Origin: Botryllus schlosseri | Taxonomy: Eukaryota | Length of the DNA stretch: 64,000 nucleotides | Direction: 5' to 3' | Assembly: GCA_051294905.1 (NCBI GenBank) | Contig: CM119372.1 | Coordinates: 15,502,001 to 15,566,000 of the forward strand | Shown: one piece after another, positions 1 through 11,729 of the stretch | How the letters are laid out: each line of letters opens with the position of its first letter | Position numbering within the stretch: position 1 is the first letter of the stretch | Notes under the pieces: generated by a model | Seen by the model: the letters and a program-made list of their open reading frames with translations, nothing else | Told to the model about the DNA's origin: nothing | The model's database searches: none | Made by a program: the position numbers and the translations under genes

Positions 1-1656
1 CATTACGATAACCATAAAGTTCGCTAGTTAACTGCTGCAGTTCGTAGAGCGGTAAATTTGCGAAAGATGATACCATTCACATTTGAGATTAGATTCGCCA
101 AATTAATTTTACACGTGGCACGAGGTTGGCGTACTACGTTTCGTTAAGTATATAGTTATATGAAAGCACGGAACTAAATTCGGGTTGGAGAACTCATCTA
201 GGAATATCGAATATAGCTTGAAACGCATCGCCGGAAGCAATATTTTCGTATCTGACCATAAATCACAGATAACAACACCACGAACTGGCTTGGCGAGTTC
301 ACGTTTCGCTGTCTTTTGTTTTCTTCGACCGCGCTCAACCGGATACTTTCCCTCACAGGGGACTCCCCGGTAGCGACACGAGTATCGACTAAACGAGTCC
401 CTCCCTCGCGAAAAGCATACATTTTCCAGATGAGCATGACCGGTGACCGCGATAGCTTTCTCCGGATAAGCATCATGTACATGTCAGTGTAGCATATTAG
501 CCGTATAAACTGCCATACACCGTTTGATGAGTTTCGAAACATATGATCTCATAGTTACATAGTATTCGGATATCATAATCATCATAATTATAAACATATT
601 CCCCAGCAAAATACGATGCACAAAGCAAAACACAATATGATGTATTGAGCAGATAGGAGGATGTTGAGACGACTAAGTATTCTGTTTATTAATCAAACAT
701 CCCCATCGGTCTACTAATAATACTACTGTCAAGTGTTAATGTATGACAGGGGTTCCCAACATAGGGGCCGCGTCCCCAACAGGGTCGTTTGCCTATTCCC
801 TGGGGGTCGTGGAAACGAAAACTAAGTACCAAGGACTAATACAAGAATGTACATTAACCGGTGCTCTCGTCGGCTCATTTCTGAGAATTTCAGTTCATTT
901 TCAAATTTTAAAAAAGCGACCTTTGAGGAATGTGACGGGTCAAACAAGGTGATCAGTGCAGTCGAAGTCACTTTAAAGCGCCACCTACTTCAAGGTAAGA
1001 TTGGTCCTAGCCACCGGTATGAAGTTTGAAGTGTCGGGTGAATAGAGATTATAGGTACAAGCACTGGCGTAGCAGCATTGTGCTGCCGCCCCTGGCTCTC
1101 TTGAAAATGCCGCCCCCCTAGGTAGACCGCATCAAATTTCGACATAGATTGATGTTCAAGTAATCTTGTCAATAGGAATAATTACAAATAATATGCCGCG
1201 TCTCAGCCTCACCGTCTCGACGTTAATGACGCCAAAAATAATAAAGACAAGAAATAGCGAACGAATGTATTGTACAAATAGAAAATCAATGGCCGCCTCA
1301 AAGCAAAAGCAGCGATAATATCCTCAAATTCAAGTTTTTGAACGTAGTCTCTTTCTATAGACAGAATGGATAGAGCTGATAGCCGATCATTATTCATGAT
1401 AGAACTAAATACTAATCAGTTTGAGCTCACACAGCTCGCAGTTGAAACACCAATGTTCAGATAAAGTTTCAGACACGATCATAAATACGGTGTCGAATCA
1501 AGTAGCTTTGCATTAACCAACCACTGTAAAACATCAAACGTTGTTGCACTACGACCAAACGTGGTTTCACGGCTCCGCACCAGCCTCTTAACCCTTTTAA
1601 AAACTCAAGTTGAACAACTTCATATGATTATAGCTTAATTTGTGTTCATCCTAGAG

Positions 1657-1971
1657 CAGTGGTTCGCAACTTTTTATTAGACACGCCCCCCTTTAGGATA
1701 GTGAAAAATCCCGCGCCCTCGTATCGTTATATTACAAGATCCAATCGGGATGCTAGCAACCCTAACGGATTGTTTGATGGCATGGAAGGTTATGACTGTT
1801 GATGAGAGAATTCAAAAATAAGAAACTGGGTCTATATATAGAGAAACACGCGTGAATTGGAGGTAAATCGCGCATAGCGCGAAAAAATTCATTTGACCGA
1901 TTCTTTGCGCCCCCTTAACATGCTTTCACGCCCCCCCAACGGGGGCGCGCCCCCCAGGTTGAGAGCCCCTG
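1657..1971. mobile_element. hAT/Charlie-like MITE nested in the decayed hAT
   Basis: CAGTGGTTCGCAAC ... GTTGAGAGCCCCTG termini, TSD tcctagag / tcctagaa. Confidence 0.8.
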
Positions 1972-2509
1972 TCCTAGAAGCCTCATATTGGTTTGTACGA
2001 AAAGCTAGCAATCTTCTGCTTTATATGATCCCTAATTCGAGGTATAAGGCATGACAATTTTCGCAGCTAACTCCAAAAAGTCCACCTCGTCGTCAAAAGT
2101 GCTTCTAAAAGCGCTGGTGAATAAATTGTGACTTTCGCTTTGCAGCAGCGCGTGGGAATTCAAAAATCCAAATATATCATTTAAGTGGTGTATGCCGGGA
2201 AACCTAGTTTCAGCTTCAAGTTTTAATCTGTCCTATGCTTGAAACATGCATCGTCTAAATTCTTCAACAACACTGAGGCCAGCATCTTCTGTTTGTTCGC
2301 CAGGCATTCTCCTTTTTGTGTGAACTCTCCGAACAATCGGCCGTGACGGCTATTTCGGAGTGATTCCATCGCCATGTTAACATATTAATTCGTGTTTTCT
2401 GAATCAGCGCGACACTAGCTTTCGATTGAGACCTGCTTGATTAAATTTTAGCTCACGGGACGCCAGCTATAGGACTACCAAGCACTCTTCTTTTAGCCGG
2501 CTGTCTACG

Positions 2510-2745
2510 CGCCGCGCGAGATAGTGTAATGGTGATGCGTCCGGCTTCTTGATCGGTAGGTCGTGGGCCCGATCCCTGGCCGGGTCAGACCGAAGACTCG
2601 AAAACTGGTATCCGCGGTTATCCCGTTAGACGCCCAGCAATCACGGAGGAGAAAAAAACGGGGTGCAGACTAGATGACCTTACTATAAAGTCCTTATCGC
2701 ATCTCCGTCGTCAAAGCATCACGATGATGCAGGCATCTCTGTCAC
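2510..2745 (+). mobile_element. tRNA-derived SINE, family A, copy 1
   Basis: A-box-like TAGTGTAATGG, degenerate B box, body GGGTCAGACCGAAGACTCGAAAACTGGTATCC; clearly homologous to 26140-26390. Confidence 0.75.
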
Positions 2746-3541
2746 TGTGCAGCCTCATTTTGCCGCCCCCTTGGAGCGTGCCGCCCCTGGCGCAGAGCCA
2801 GAACCGCCAGGTGGCTGCTACGCCACTGGGTACAAGTGATCTGTATAGTGCTATAGTGTTGACAGAGGCATCATACGCTACATAGCCGACACAGTCAGTA
2901 GGTTTGGGCGAAGATGCTGACAATTTTTTTAGTAATCTACAGGCCAAATTGACAGGTGGGTCGCGGAACATTTTCAAATCGAAAGTTTGGGCCGTGACCA
3001 TAAACATTTAGGGAACACCTGATGTACAATATAACCAGGGCTGTGGATTCGGTTCACTTTACCACAGACGCCCACTCCGACTCCAGACATTTTCAATCTA
3101 CCTACTCCAGAAACTTAAAACACATACATTCCGACTCCAGCTCCAACTACCACTCAAATGTGGTCTGTTGTATAGCCCCATAGATGACATGCCACTCTGG
3201 GTCCTTCTGACATCCTTAATTCATGGGTGGCCAACCTTTTCGGCCGAAGGGCATTGCCATTGTGCGGGCCACTTGAATGTTGATGGCATTTTTTGTCGTT
3301 CGATAGCAGCGGGTCGGATTTGATAACGGTGAAAGCATGACATATTTTATCGATAACATTCACGTTTCATTCATTGTTTTATTAGCAATTTTTATCAGTT
3401 CAATACACCACAAAAATGCGGTCTTGGCCCCCCCATAGGGTTATAGATCGAACGTCTGGCCCCCCTCCGGCGATACACTCTTTACCACTATTCATCATAT
3501 TCATTGGGAGTTTCTTTAGGTAAGCAGCTTTTGTCGCCTAA

Positions 3542-4366
3542 GCGCGCAAAATTTCTAGTATTTATGATTTCGTCGGTCTGTATGATCTGGAATTGCATAC
3601 ATTGTTATCAATTTTTATCTTCTCTCTGCTCATGTAATCAGATTTGCCGGCAGAGCTGAGTGAGGTGTGTTTGAAAAGGTTGGACCACTCAATAATAATT
3701 AAACATCTTCGGGCGTATACCCGTTGGCAGGAACAAAACAGCACCTCGTCAGGCCCCCCAAAACGTGGGTCTTGGGCTCCCATAGGGTGATAAAACGACC
3801 CCCCCCCACGTTGTTCGCGTTTGTCACGAAATTACCCGTACAGTATTGTGAGCCAGCGCAAAACGCGAAAATTTTCGATAATTTATGATAACATCGCTCA
3901 ATCAGATCGGCAACTGCATATATAATATGCTATAAATTTATTGTCCTCTCTACTCACGTAATCAGATTTGCCGGTAGAGCTGAGTGAGGTGTGTTCGAAA
4001 AGGTAAGACCACTCAATAATAATTAAACATCTTCGGGCGTATACCCGTTGGCAGGAACGAAACAGCACCTCATCAGGCCCCCTAAAACGTGGGTCTTGGG
4101 CTCCCATAGGGTGATAAAACGACCCCCCCCATCACGTTGTTCGCGTTTGTCACGAAATTACCCGTACTATATTGAGAGCCAGCGCAAAGCGCGAAAATTT
4201 TCGATAATTTATGATAAAATCGGTCAATCAGATCGGCGACTGCATATATAATATGCTACCAATTTATTGTCCTCTCTACTCACGTATAATTAGATTTACC
4301 GGTAGAGCTGAGTGAAGTGTCTTGAAAACGGGACGGCCCGTAAATAATGATTAAACATCTTCGGGC
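3542..4366. repeat. tandem array, ~324-bp unit, ~2.5 copies
   Basis: AAACATCTTCGGGCG and AGAGCTGAGTGA recur near 3.7, 4.0 and 4.35 kb; the repeated ORFs MGAQDPRF.. reflect this periodicity. Confidence 0.9.
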
Positions 4367-4387
4367 GGGCGGAACCGTTGATATGAC

Positions 4388-5025
4388 CATAGTGTCCTAT
4401 ATATGGTGTCGACACAAGCAAATCTCACGGCTCAGTGAATTTGTATCACGTCACAATTTCCATTTGGCTACAGGCAATTTGACGGTCATTTTTGACCAGC
4501 TTGCCGAGCATTAAATTTGGTAAAACGGGTATCAATCGAAAGCTGACTCTGCACTGATGACGAAAATATAAATTTTATTCCGCTCGTGGCCCTGGAACTC
4601 CCACAATCAGCCTCGAATTTTTCCTTGTTATGGAGATTGGCATTGGGACGCAACAATGCTGTCTAGCGAAAGAAGAGAGTTACTCTCTCGTTACTCTCTT
4701 GTTTCGCCAGACAGCATTGCTGCGTCCCAATGCTAATCTCTCGTTTCGCCAGACAGCATTGTTGCGTCTCAATGCCAATCTCGATAAAAATGAAAAATTC
4801 GAGGCTGATTGTGGGAGTTCCTGAGCCACGAGCGGAATAAAATTTATATTTTCGTCATCAGTGCAGAGTCAGCTTTCGATTGATACCCGTTTTACCAAAT
4901 TTAATGCTCGGCAAGCCGGTCAAAAATGACCGTCAAATTGCCTGTGACCAAACGGAAATTGTGACGTGATACAATTTCACTGAGGCGTGAGATTTGCTTG
5001 TGTCGACACCATATAGGACACTATG
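4388..5025. mobile_element. foldback MITE, P-element-like termini
   Basis: ~290-bp arms are near-perfect reverse complements (CATAGTGTCCTATAT.. / ..ATATAGGACACTATG), direct repeat atatgac on both sides (4381-4387, 5026-5032), internal ~43-bp tandem duplication near 4700-4782. Confidence 0.9.
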
Positions 5026-5769
5026 ATATGACTTCGTTACATGATGTTATTTCGTGACTTCCAGTCTGCTATATCAAAAAAATATAGAACCGCCCAAACG
5101 TAGGCACACGATTTCAAATTGGTATTTCTTCACTGGCATAAAATTTTTCCCAGCGGGATGGTATTTGTCTGGTGAGGTCCAGATTGCAAAGACAGGAACA
5201 TTCGGCGCCAGTCATTTAGGCGCCTATGGACAATCAAACCTACATGTATTTTGTATATATAGCGAAGTCTTTGATCTGCATAAGGGCATAGACCTTTTCG
5301 GCCAAGCTTTTCTCGCTGCCAATCGTTCTGGCACACTTCTTGGAGTCGCATGTTATATGGCCTAAAACTTGATTGTATGTCTTGGTGGGTCGTGGCGCGG
5401 TAATGGCCCAATACCCGATAAGAAAGATTAACGGCTACTGGAATTCGCGCGCAGCGCGAAAAGATTTTGAAAATATTGCATAAATTTTCAAAAAATACTC
5501 TATGATTTATGCTAATTCACGAAATAATTTTGGGCCCCCATCGAGCTCGCCCCCCCCCCAATTGGGGGGTTTGGGGTGCGGCAGTTACGGTGCTGACAGC
5601 ACCTCGTCAGCCCCCCAAAAACGTTTGTCTTAGGCCCGCCATAGGGTGATAAACCGAGCTTCTGGGGGGCTTCGCCCCCACACCCCCCTGTGGCTATCCG
5701 CTATTTGTCGCTACTTGTCATGTGCGTTGGGTTCCGTTTAGTGAGCCAGCTATTCTCGTCCAGACGCGC

Positions 5770-6012
5770 GATGCACGGGAAATTTCAATAATTCATTCTT
5801 GAATCGGTCAATATCATCGGGAATTGCATATATATTGCTATCAATTTTTGTCCTCTCTCTGCTCACGTAATCAGATTTGCCGGTAGAGTCGAGTGAGGTG
5901 GTGTGTTTGAAAAGATAGGACCCCTCAATAATAATTAAACATCTTCGGGCGTATACCCGTTGGCAGGAGCGAAACAGCACTTCGTCAGGCCCCCCCAAAA
6001 AACTTGGGTCTT
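5770..6012. repeat. dispersed partial copy of the ~324-bp unit
   Basis: Matches 3545-3775 (GTAATCAGATTTGCCGG..GGCGTATACCCGTTGGCAGGA..GGGTCTTG). Confidence 0.85.
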
Positions 6013-6210
6013 GCTGGGCTGGGCTGGGTCGTCCGTATCGTAACCAGTGCCCCACGGGGACCATGTTATGCGCCCAACAAATCACTGCTCAAAAGATTCG
6101 GTGAATAAAAGATATGCGGAAACTATAGAAATTGCCATTGCGGTCACTGTCCCAAATGTTTCGATGACTTCTTTACTTCGATATCAAATGAGCATAAGTA
6201 TAGCCTACAC

Positions 6211-7082
6211 CAGGGGCGGGCAACATACGGCCCGCGGGCCGGATCCGGCCCGCCAAGGGATTTTGTCCGGCCCGCGGACAGTTTTCCCTCTTACATTGTA
6301 ATGTGGCCCGCTGCCCCAGTCTGCCGAGATTCCCCACTACTTGCTTACTACGTCAAATTTTAGTGACTGTATGTTATTATATACAATATACATGTATGCG
6401 CAGCGTGCGAGAGAGAAGCGAGAGGACTTGTATTATCGGCATTTACGATGCACTCAACCCTAATGCCGTTTGTGGTAATCATGGTGTTTGTCGTCTACAA
6501 TGATCATTTACACCAGGCTGATATTTCCTATTTTTGATTCCGTAACTTCCGACTTGTAGCACGGCACACTTCTAGGCTTCTGTAAGGCCCCGCTTATGCC
6601 AGCCAGGGGTCGATAACTCAAAACTGGTCGTGGGCCACTTTTTATATTTCGTAAAGGACGCGGGCCGCATGAATTCAATATCCAGATTAATTAGGACACA
6701 CAGTTGAACAACGACGCTATCTCGTCACCTACTCAGTGTCAGTGCTCAACCCTAATGAATTGATATCTTGGTAAATTTCGGGTACCGGGCTAATCAAACG
6801 CCTTGAAATGTTAATTAAAGATTACACCGTGTGTTGATCGATCACAGAGAAGCAGACATGGCGGCGCGAGTATGACAATGCTATCCTCAAATCCGCATTG
6901 TGTTCGTCATTATCGGCGAGAAATAGCTTTGAAGTGACATTGCTGTCGTTAAAATACGGTACGATTTATTCCTTGTATGTGTGGATCAATGGGCGAATAA
7001 TGTATCGATTCAGCAATCCGGCCCGCCAAGTACTTAATTTTCGTATATCCGTCCCGCCGACTGGAGAAGTTGCCCGCCCCTG
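6211..7082. mobile_element. hAT/Charlie-like MITE
   Basis: TIR CAGGGGCGGGCAAC / GTTGCCCGCCCCTG, TSD gcctacac / gcctatac, subterminal CGGCCCGC repeats. Confidence 0.85.
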
Positions 7083-8094
7083 GCCTATACAACACACGCG
7101 AATCCACGTCGTCGAAGTATCATATGGTCGACTTGAAAGATCATCGATCTATCAAATATGCCGGAACTGAAGTGTGGAACAGTATCTCGCCGGCTAACCG
7201 ATAGTCGTCGAGCATGTCCATTGTCCACATTCAAGTGGAAATACAAACAATTTCTACCTATTTGAACACATGATCACATCGTCTTACTACTACTCCTTGG
7301 TCGCGTAGAAGCAGAATGACCTGAATATTGACTCGCAGATTTGACTCCATGTTGCAAGTCAAGGCTCGAGTCGTCGTAGCAATGCTTACAGGTTTTATGC
7401 TCACAATGCTGTATGATGAGTAATGCATGCATTTGACATGTAGGTTCGTTTTACATACATTGAGATTGATTCCTTTCTTTTTCCGGCCATGGTATAGAAA
7501 ACTCCATGAAATCTCAAAGGGTGCCCGAGGTAAAAAAACTACTTCCATTTGTTACGCGGATATATGTCATACGAATTTGGTTGGCAAGCACGCAATGCAT
7601 ATATTCATTTGGTTAACCAAATACATTCCAACTGATCGTGATTAAGGCTGGGCCGAGACTATGATTACCTTTTTATTAGTCATATTTCAGCTTTCCAAAT
7701 CTTCCACTGAGAGTACTCAAAGGTTGAGTATCACTGGTTTTACACGTACAAACGAACTAAACGGCATACATTGATATAGATAAACAAATATGCAAATAGA
7801 AAATACATGCCCCGTAATATCGTCTTGCTATAGTCCAATACATCTATATTACTTTTTCCGTCGAGACTTAACACTCGCAAGACTAGACTTGATCCTTAAG
7901 CCTATCAAACTTGACCGTACATCCCATTGAGATGCGTTGGTTCAGTGTCTTCGAACAGCTGAAACCTCCGCGATCACGACACCATAAAGATTAGGAGTCA
8001 ACATCAAATTTTTCGATATTCATCATGTTTATTGAGGTAGAAAGAGCGAATCTTTCGCATGTCGTCAAGATGGGCATTTCTACAGCCGTTTAAG

Positions 8095-8435
8095 TAGGGT
8101 TACCATACGTCCTCTTTTAAGAGGGGTTGTCCTCGATTTCTACATTTTTGAAAGTGTCCTCGGAGGACGCCAAAATGTCCTCTTTTTGAGAATTTGTCCT
8201 CTTTTTTGAAAATTTTGGTAAAAACTATGTTACAATTCAACGGAGATATAGGAGATCAGTACTGAAGTAACGGTCCGGCGGGTCTTTCGGGAGTTGAGTC
8301 AAAAAGCTGACCTCTTTTTTAGTCAAGTTTTGGTATAAAAATTTTCTAATGCACCAATTTTCTTAGCCGGTGCTAGAGTTTTCAGGATTTTTAAAAAGTG
8401 TCCTCTTTTGGAGATCTCAAAATATGGTAACCCTA
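8095..8435. mobile_element. hAT-like MITE (TAGGGTTACCATA termini)
   Basis: Perfect 13-bp TIR, repeated internal GTCCTC motifs; TSD only approximate (gtttaag / gttttag). Confidence 0.8.
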
Positions 8436-9554
8436 GTTTTAGTAGCAACATCTAGCTAGCTAGATCAGATAGAACTGAGCACTGAGCGCAGGTTACCAGT
8501 GAAATCAGCACTAGGTCAACGCAGCACTTGGCGAAAAGTAATATTAGCGCGAATTATAATATAGCAAGTGCTGAAATTGTCAACGATACGTTCATCGTAC
8601 ATCAATTGGTGGTCAGCGGCGAGAGCGTTCTGGTATGATGTTGTTGTTTTGGCACTCACGGTGTTTCAGCATTGTGACAAAGTTCAATGAAGTAAAGAAA
8701 AGGACGAAAGAATACCAAATTATTTCTATACGATGTAGGCTAGAACTGGTATAATGTTCTTTGTGGTTACATAAAAGCGAGGGGTGGGGGATAGCGTAAT
8801 GGTGACGATAAGCGCCTACCGCCCCGGCTGCCTGGACTGGATACCGCGTCGGAGGTTATTCTGGGCTCCTTTTTCCCGGCGTCGCTGTTCTTACGGCGAC
8901 AAAAAAGCCCAGAAAAAGATCCGATGAAAGAGCGCACTCACAAGGAATGGAAAGATCAAGAAGGAGCCACGGAATAGAGACTAACATCGAAAAAGGAACT
9001 GAGAAATCGGGCACTAGGCGGTTGCCAACTTAACAGGCCGCAACCGTTACCGCAACCGCAACTGGTCGTTCGGCATCCTATCTGATCCTTACATCGCATG
9101 TGTCTTATCGCAATGTGTGTGTCTTGTTCAGATGAAAATATAATCTGATGGTTGTTGATTACTGATTATATATTTGAACTTTCTATATACTCATTTACTC
9201 CATACTGAGTACTCCATAATAAGTGATAAGAATACCCGACACGATTAGAAGCTTAATACTCGATTCATAATCGAATCACTCAGTTATACTCGATTTCGCC
9301 AAGCCCTATAGTTATTATACAGCAGTGACATTGCTTACGGCTCGGAAATGAACATTACGAGCCACCCCCCCCCCTCTGACGACGGTATGTACTAATTAAT
9401 AATCACAATCACGAAGTACCGAATTCAACATTCCGAATTTATCAACTGCCAGAATTCACGATAGCCGGCGAGCACCGATTCGGATTTCACATCCATATCT
9501 TACGTACAGAAGCCGCCAGTATCGTTGTATGAATTGAATATTGAATAGCCACAT

Positions 9555-9900
9555 TATAACCATCCGACAGCGGTGATGTGGTGTCACTCTAATCACCATT
9601 AGGAACGAGACGGTGACATTGACACGTAATTCCGAGAAGGCAAAAAAGTGCACGTTCAGGGTTTTCACTATTCGTAGTTTTATGGACAAATGAACCAAAA
9701 ACTAGTTTTTCACAGAAGCGAATACGTCAATGCGAAAACGGTATGCAACATACAGGGATATATAATAATTGTTACACAATATATGATTCAAATATCCGCG
9801 CGGTTGCACTGCTGTCGCACTTCCGACTCAAAAGGTCCCCGGACTCCAAAAGAAACTTGAATCGCGATTTAATAATAACGAACCGGTACGTAAATAATCT
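9555..9900. repeat. interspersed repeat shared with ~20370-20700
   Basis: Colinear blocks GACATTGACAC..AATTCC..GAAGGCAAAAA and ACTTCCGACTCAAAAG at both sites; boundaries approximate. Confidence 0.65.
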
Positions 9901-11729
9901 AGACTTAAAAGTAAACGCATATCCGGATAAGTTTGTACAGTCTTTTCGAACACACATTAACATTAATAAATATATTTTATAGTCTAAATTCCAAGGAACT
10001 TTTCGAGGGCCCCACAATGCCCAGGTCTGCTATACACTGTGGTCGTAAACACGTTAACACATTTTCGCTGGTTGTGGCCAATTTGGCTTTAATAGCAATC
10101 ACGCAATTGGCTTATTTGACATCGTTTTCTAATTTCTACGCGGTGGAATGACGTCGGGCGAAGGTAAACAACAGACGCGCTATCGTTATCGTATGTTTAT
10201 TTGTTGAGCATATTCTCAAAACATCAGACGCTTTCGCTTAATCCCATTTGTATCGATGAATTATGTTGATAAAGTAATATGTTCCACAGACCACAAAACA
10301 AAAGATTCGTCTTTACAAGTGGTAACAACTGCATGACGTAATTCTGAGTGGCTAGTTGACAAACCATTTTGAAAGTTGAACCTTTGTGTCGACGAGTACC
10401 ATCAAGCTCAAGTCATGCCAAACAAAGAAGATATATAATGAGCGGGAAAGAAGCACTATAGCAGCTAGGTTTAAAAAACACATTAAAGACTCCGCGGGTA
10501 TATGGAAATTAGAAATAGTATACGAGAAGGCATATAACATCCAAAGTTAGTTACTAGCATCCTTTTGGCATCTATTAGAATCGACTGAGAAATGATACTA
10601 GCCGTGATGTCTGCAATTGACAGAGCAATACGTGTTAGTCACGGCTCAATGATGGAACAAAGGCTCGCGTACTACGTACCTATTGATTGCGTGGTATTGA
10701 GATCGAGCAGTCCATACGCAATTACGCATATGCCGCGATGGCGCGTAAATTCTTTTTGTGTTTCGTTCTGTTACCAAAATCGGAAAGAGGTCAATTATTG
10801 CGATGTCTGACATTATAATTGATTTCGGAGACCTATTTTTAAAGTAATATCTCGTTCTATACTATATTGGTGAACGACAATCAAGGCCTGTCGTGAATTG
10901 AGTAGTATATAACATGGATTTGTCAATGGGTTGCCCATTTCTATTGAATGTAAGGCTAATTGATGACGTCATTAGTAGCTATCTAGCATGGAATCAAGTT
11001 TGGGAGAGGTCTAGAGAAGACAATCAATAATATCAACACAATACACAATTCGGCCGTGATCTCATCGTAGCGGGCTTCTTACTCCAGACCGTTCGCCCAT
11101 AGCGTTTCTAGCTATCTGTAACCAATTACTATAATATAATGCATAAGTTGCCGATGATTTGGTTCTATAATTCAACACCTAATATATCTCACTGCGTTCG
11201 AAGCGAAGGACAGATTTGGGACAACAGAAGTCACGTGTCAAGATCCTATACAAAAATAGTGTGGATATTTTTGGAACGTGGATATTTTTGGAACGCCGAC
11301 GGGAACAGAGCTAAAATAAGCTTTGGTGTCTTGCGCAGAAATGAAAGAGGGCTTGTGAAATTGCATATGACATACAAGTCACTCGCATACGCAGAGCGCA
11401 CGCAATAGCGATGAGGACTGATAATGTCGCAACGCGATGGTTACAAAGACTCGATATGCGGACTCGCTTATATAGCAGTACACCTCGTACATTTGAGACA
11501 CACAAATTTTATTTTACTACAGAACGGGGTCAGCAAACGCGTAACTGCGAGATTCAGTAAAAAGTGCTACATTATTACAGAGGCATAGAAACGTGGAGCA
11601 GAGCAGTAGAACACGATCTCAGCAACAGTATATTTTTCAGATAAAACAAAGTAATCATATAGCATACTCGCGTTTCTGTGGATCTAATTTAAGGAATCTG
11701 ATATATTGCAGTGGAAGCTTATCTCGATA

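Larger units (their letters stand above)
1062..2828 (-). mobile_element. decayed hAT DNA transposon with transposase remnant
   Basis: TIRs CACTGGCGTAGCAGC / GCTGCTACGCCACTG, perfect 8-bp TSD ggtacaag (1054-1061, 2829-2836). Minus-strand MNNDRLSALSILSIE..FEDIIAAFA resembles the hAT C-terminal dimerisation region. Confidence 0.85.
747..3021. mobile_element. hAT/Charlie-like MITE split by later insertions
   Basis: Termini CAGGGGTTCCC (747) and GGGAACACCTG (3021); degenerate 8-bp flanks atgtatga / atgtacaa. Confidence 0.65.

Noticed and set aside
3562..6085. Repeated ORFs MGAQDPRF..CQRVYARRCLIIIE as a small gene family
   Set aside because: By-product of the ~324-bp DNA repeat; ORF ends are not conserved and no splice pattern is evident.
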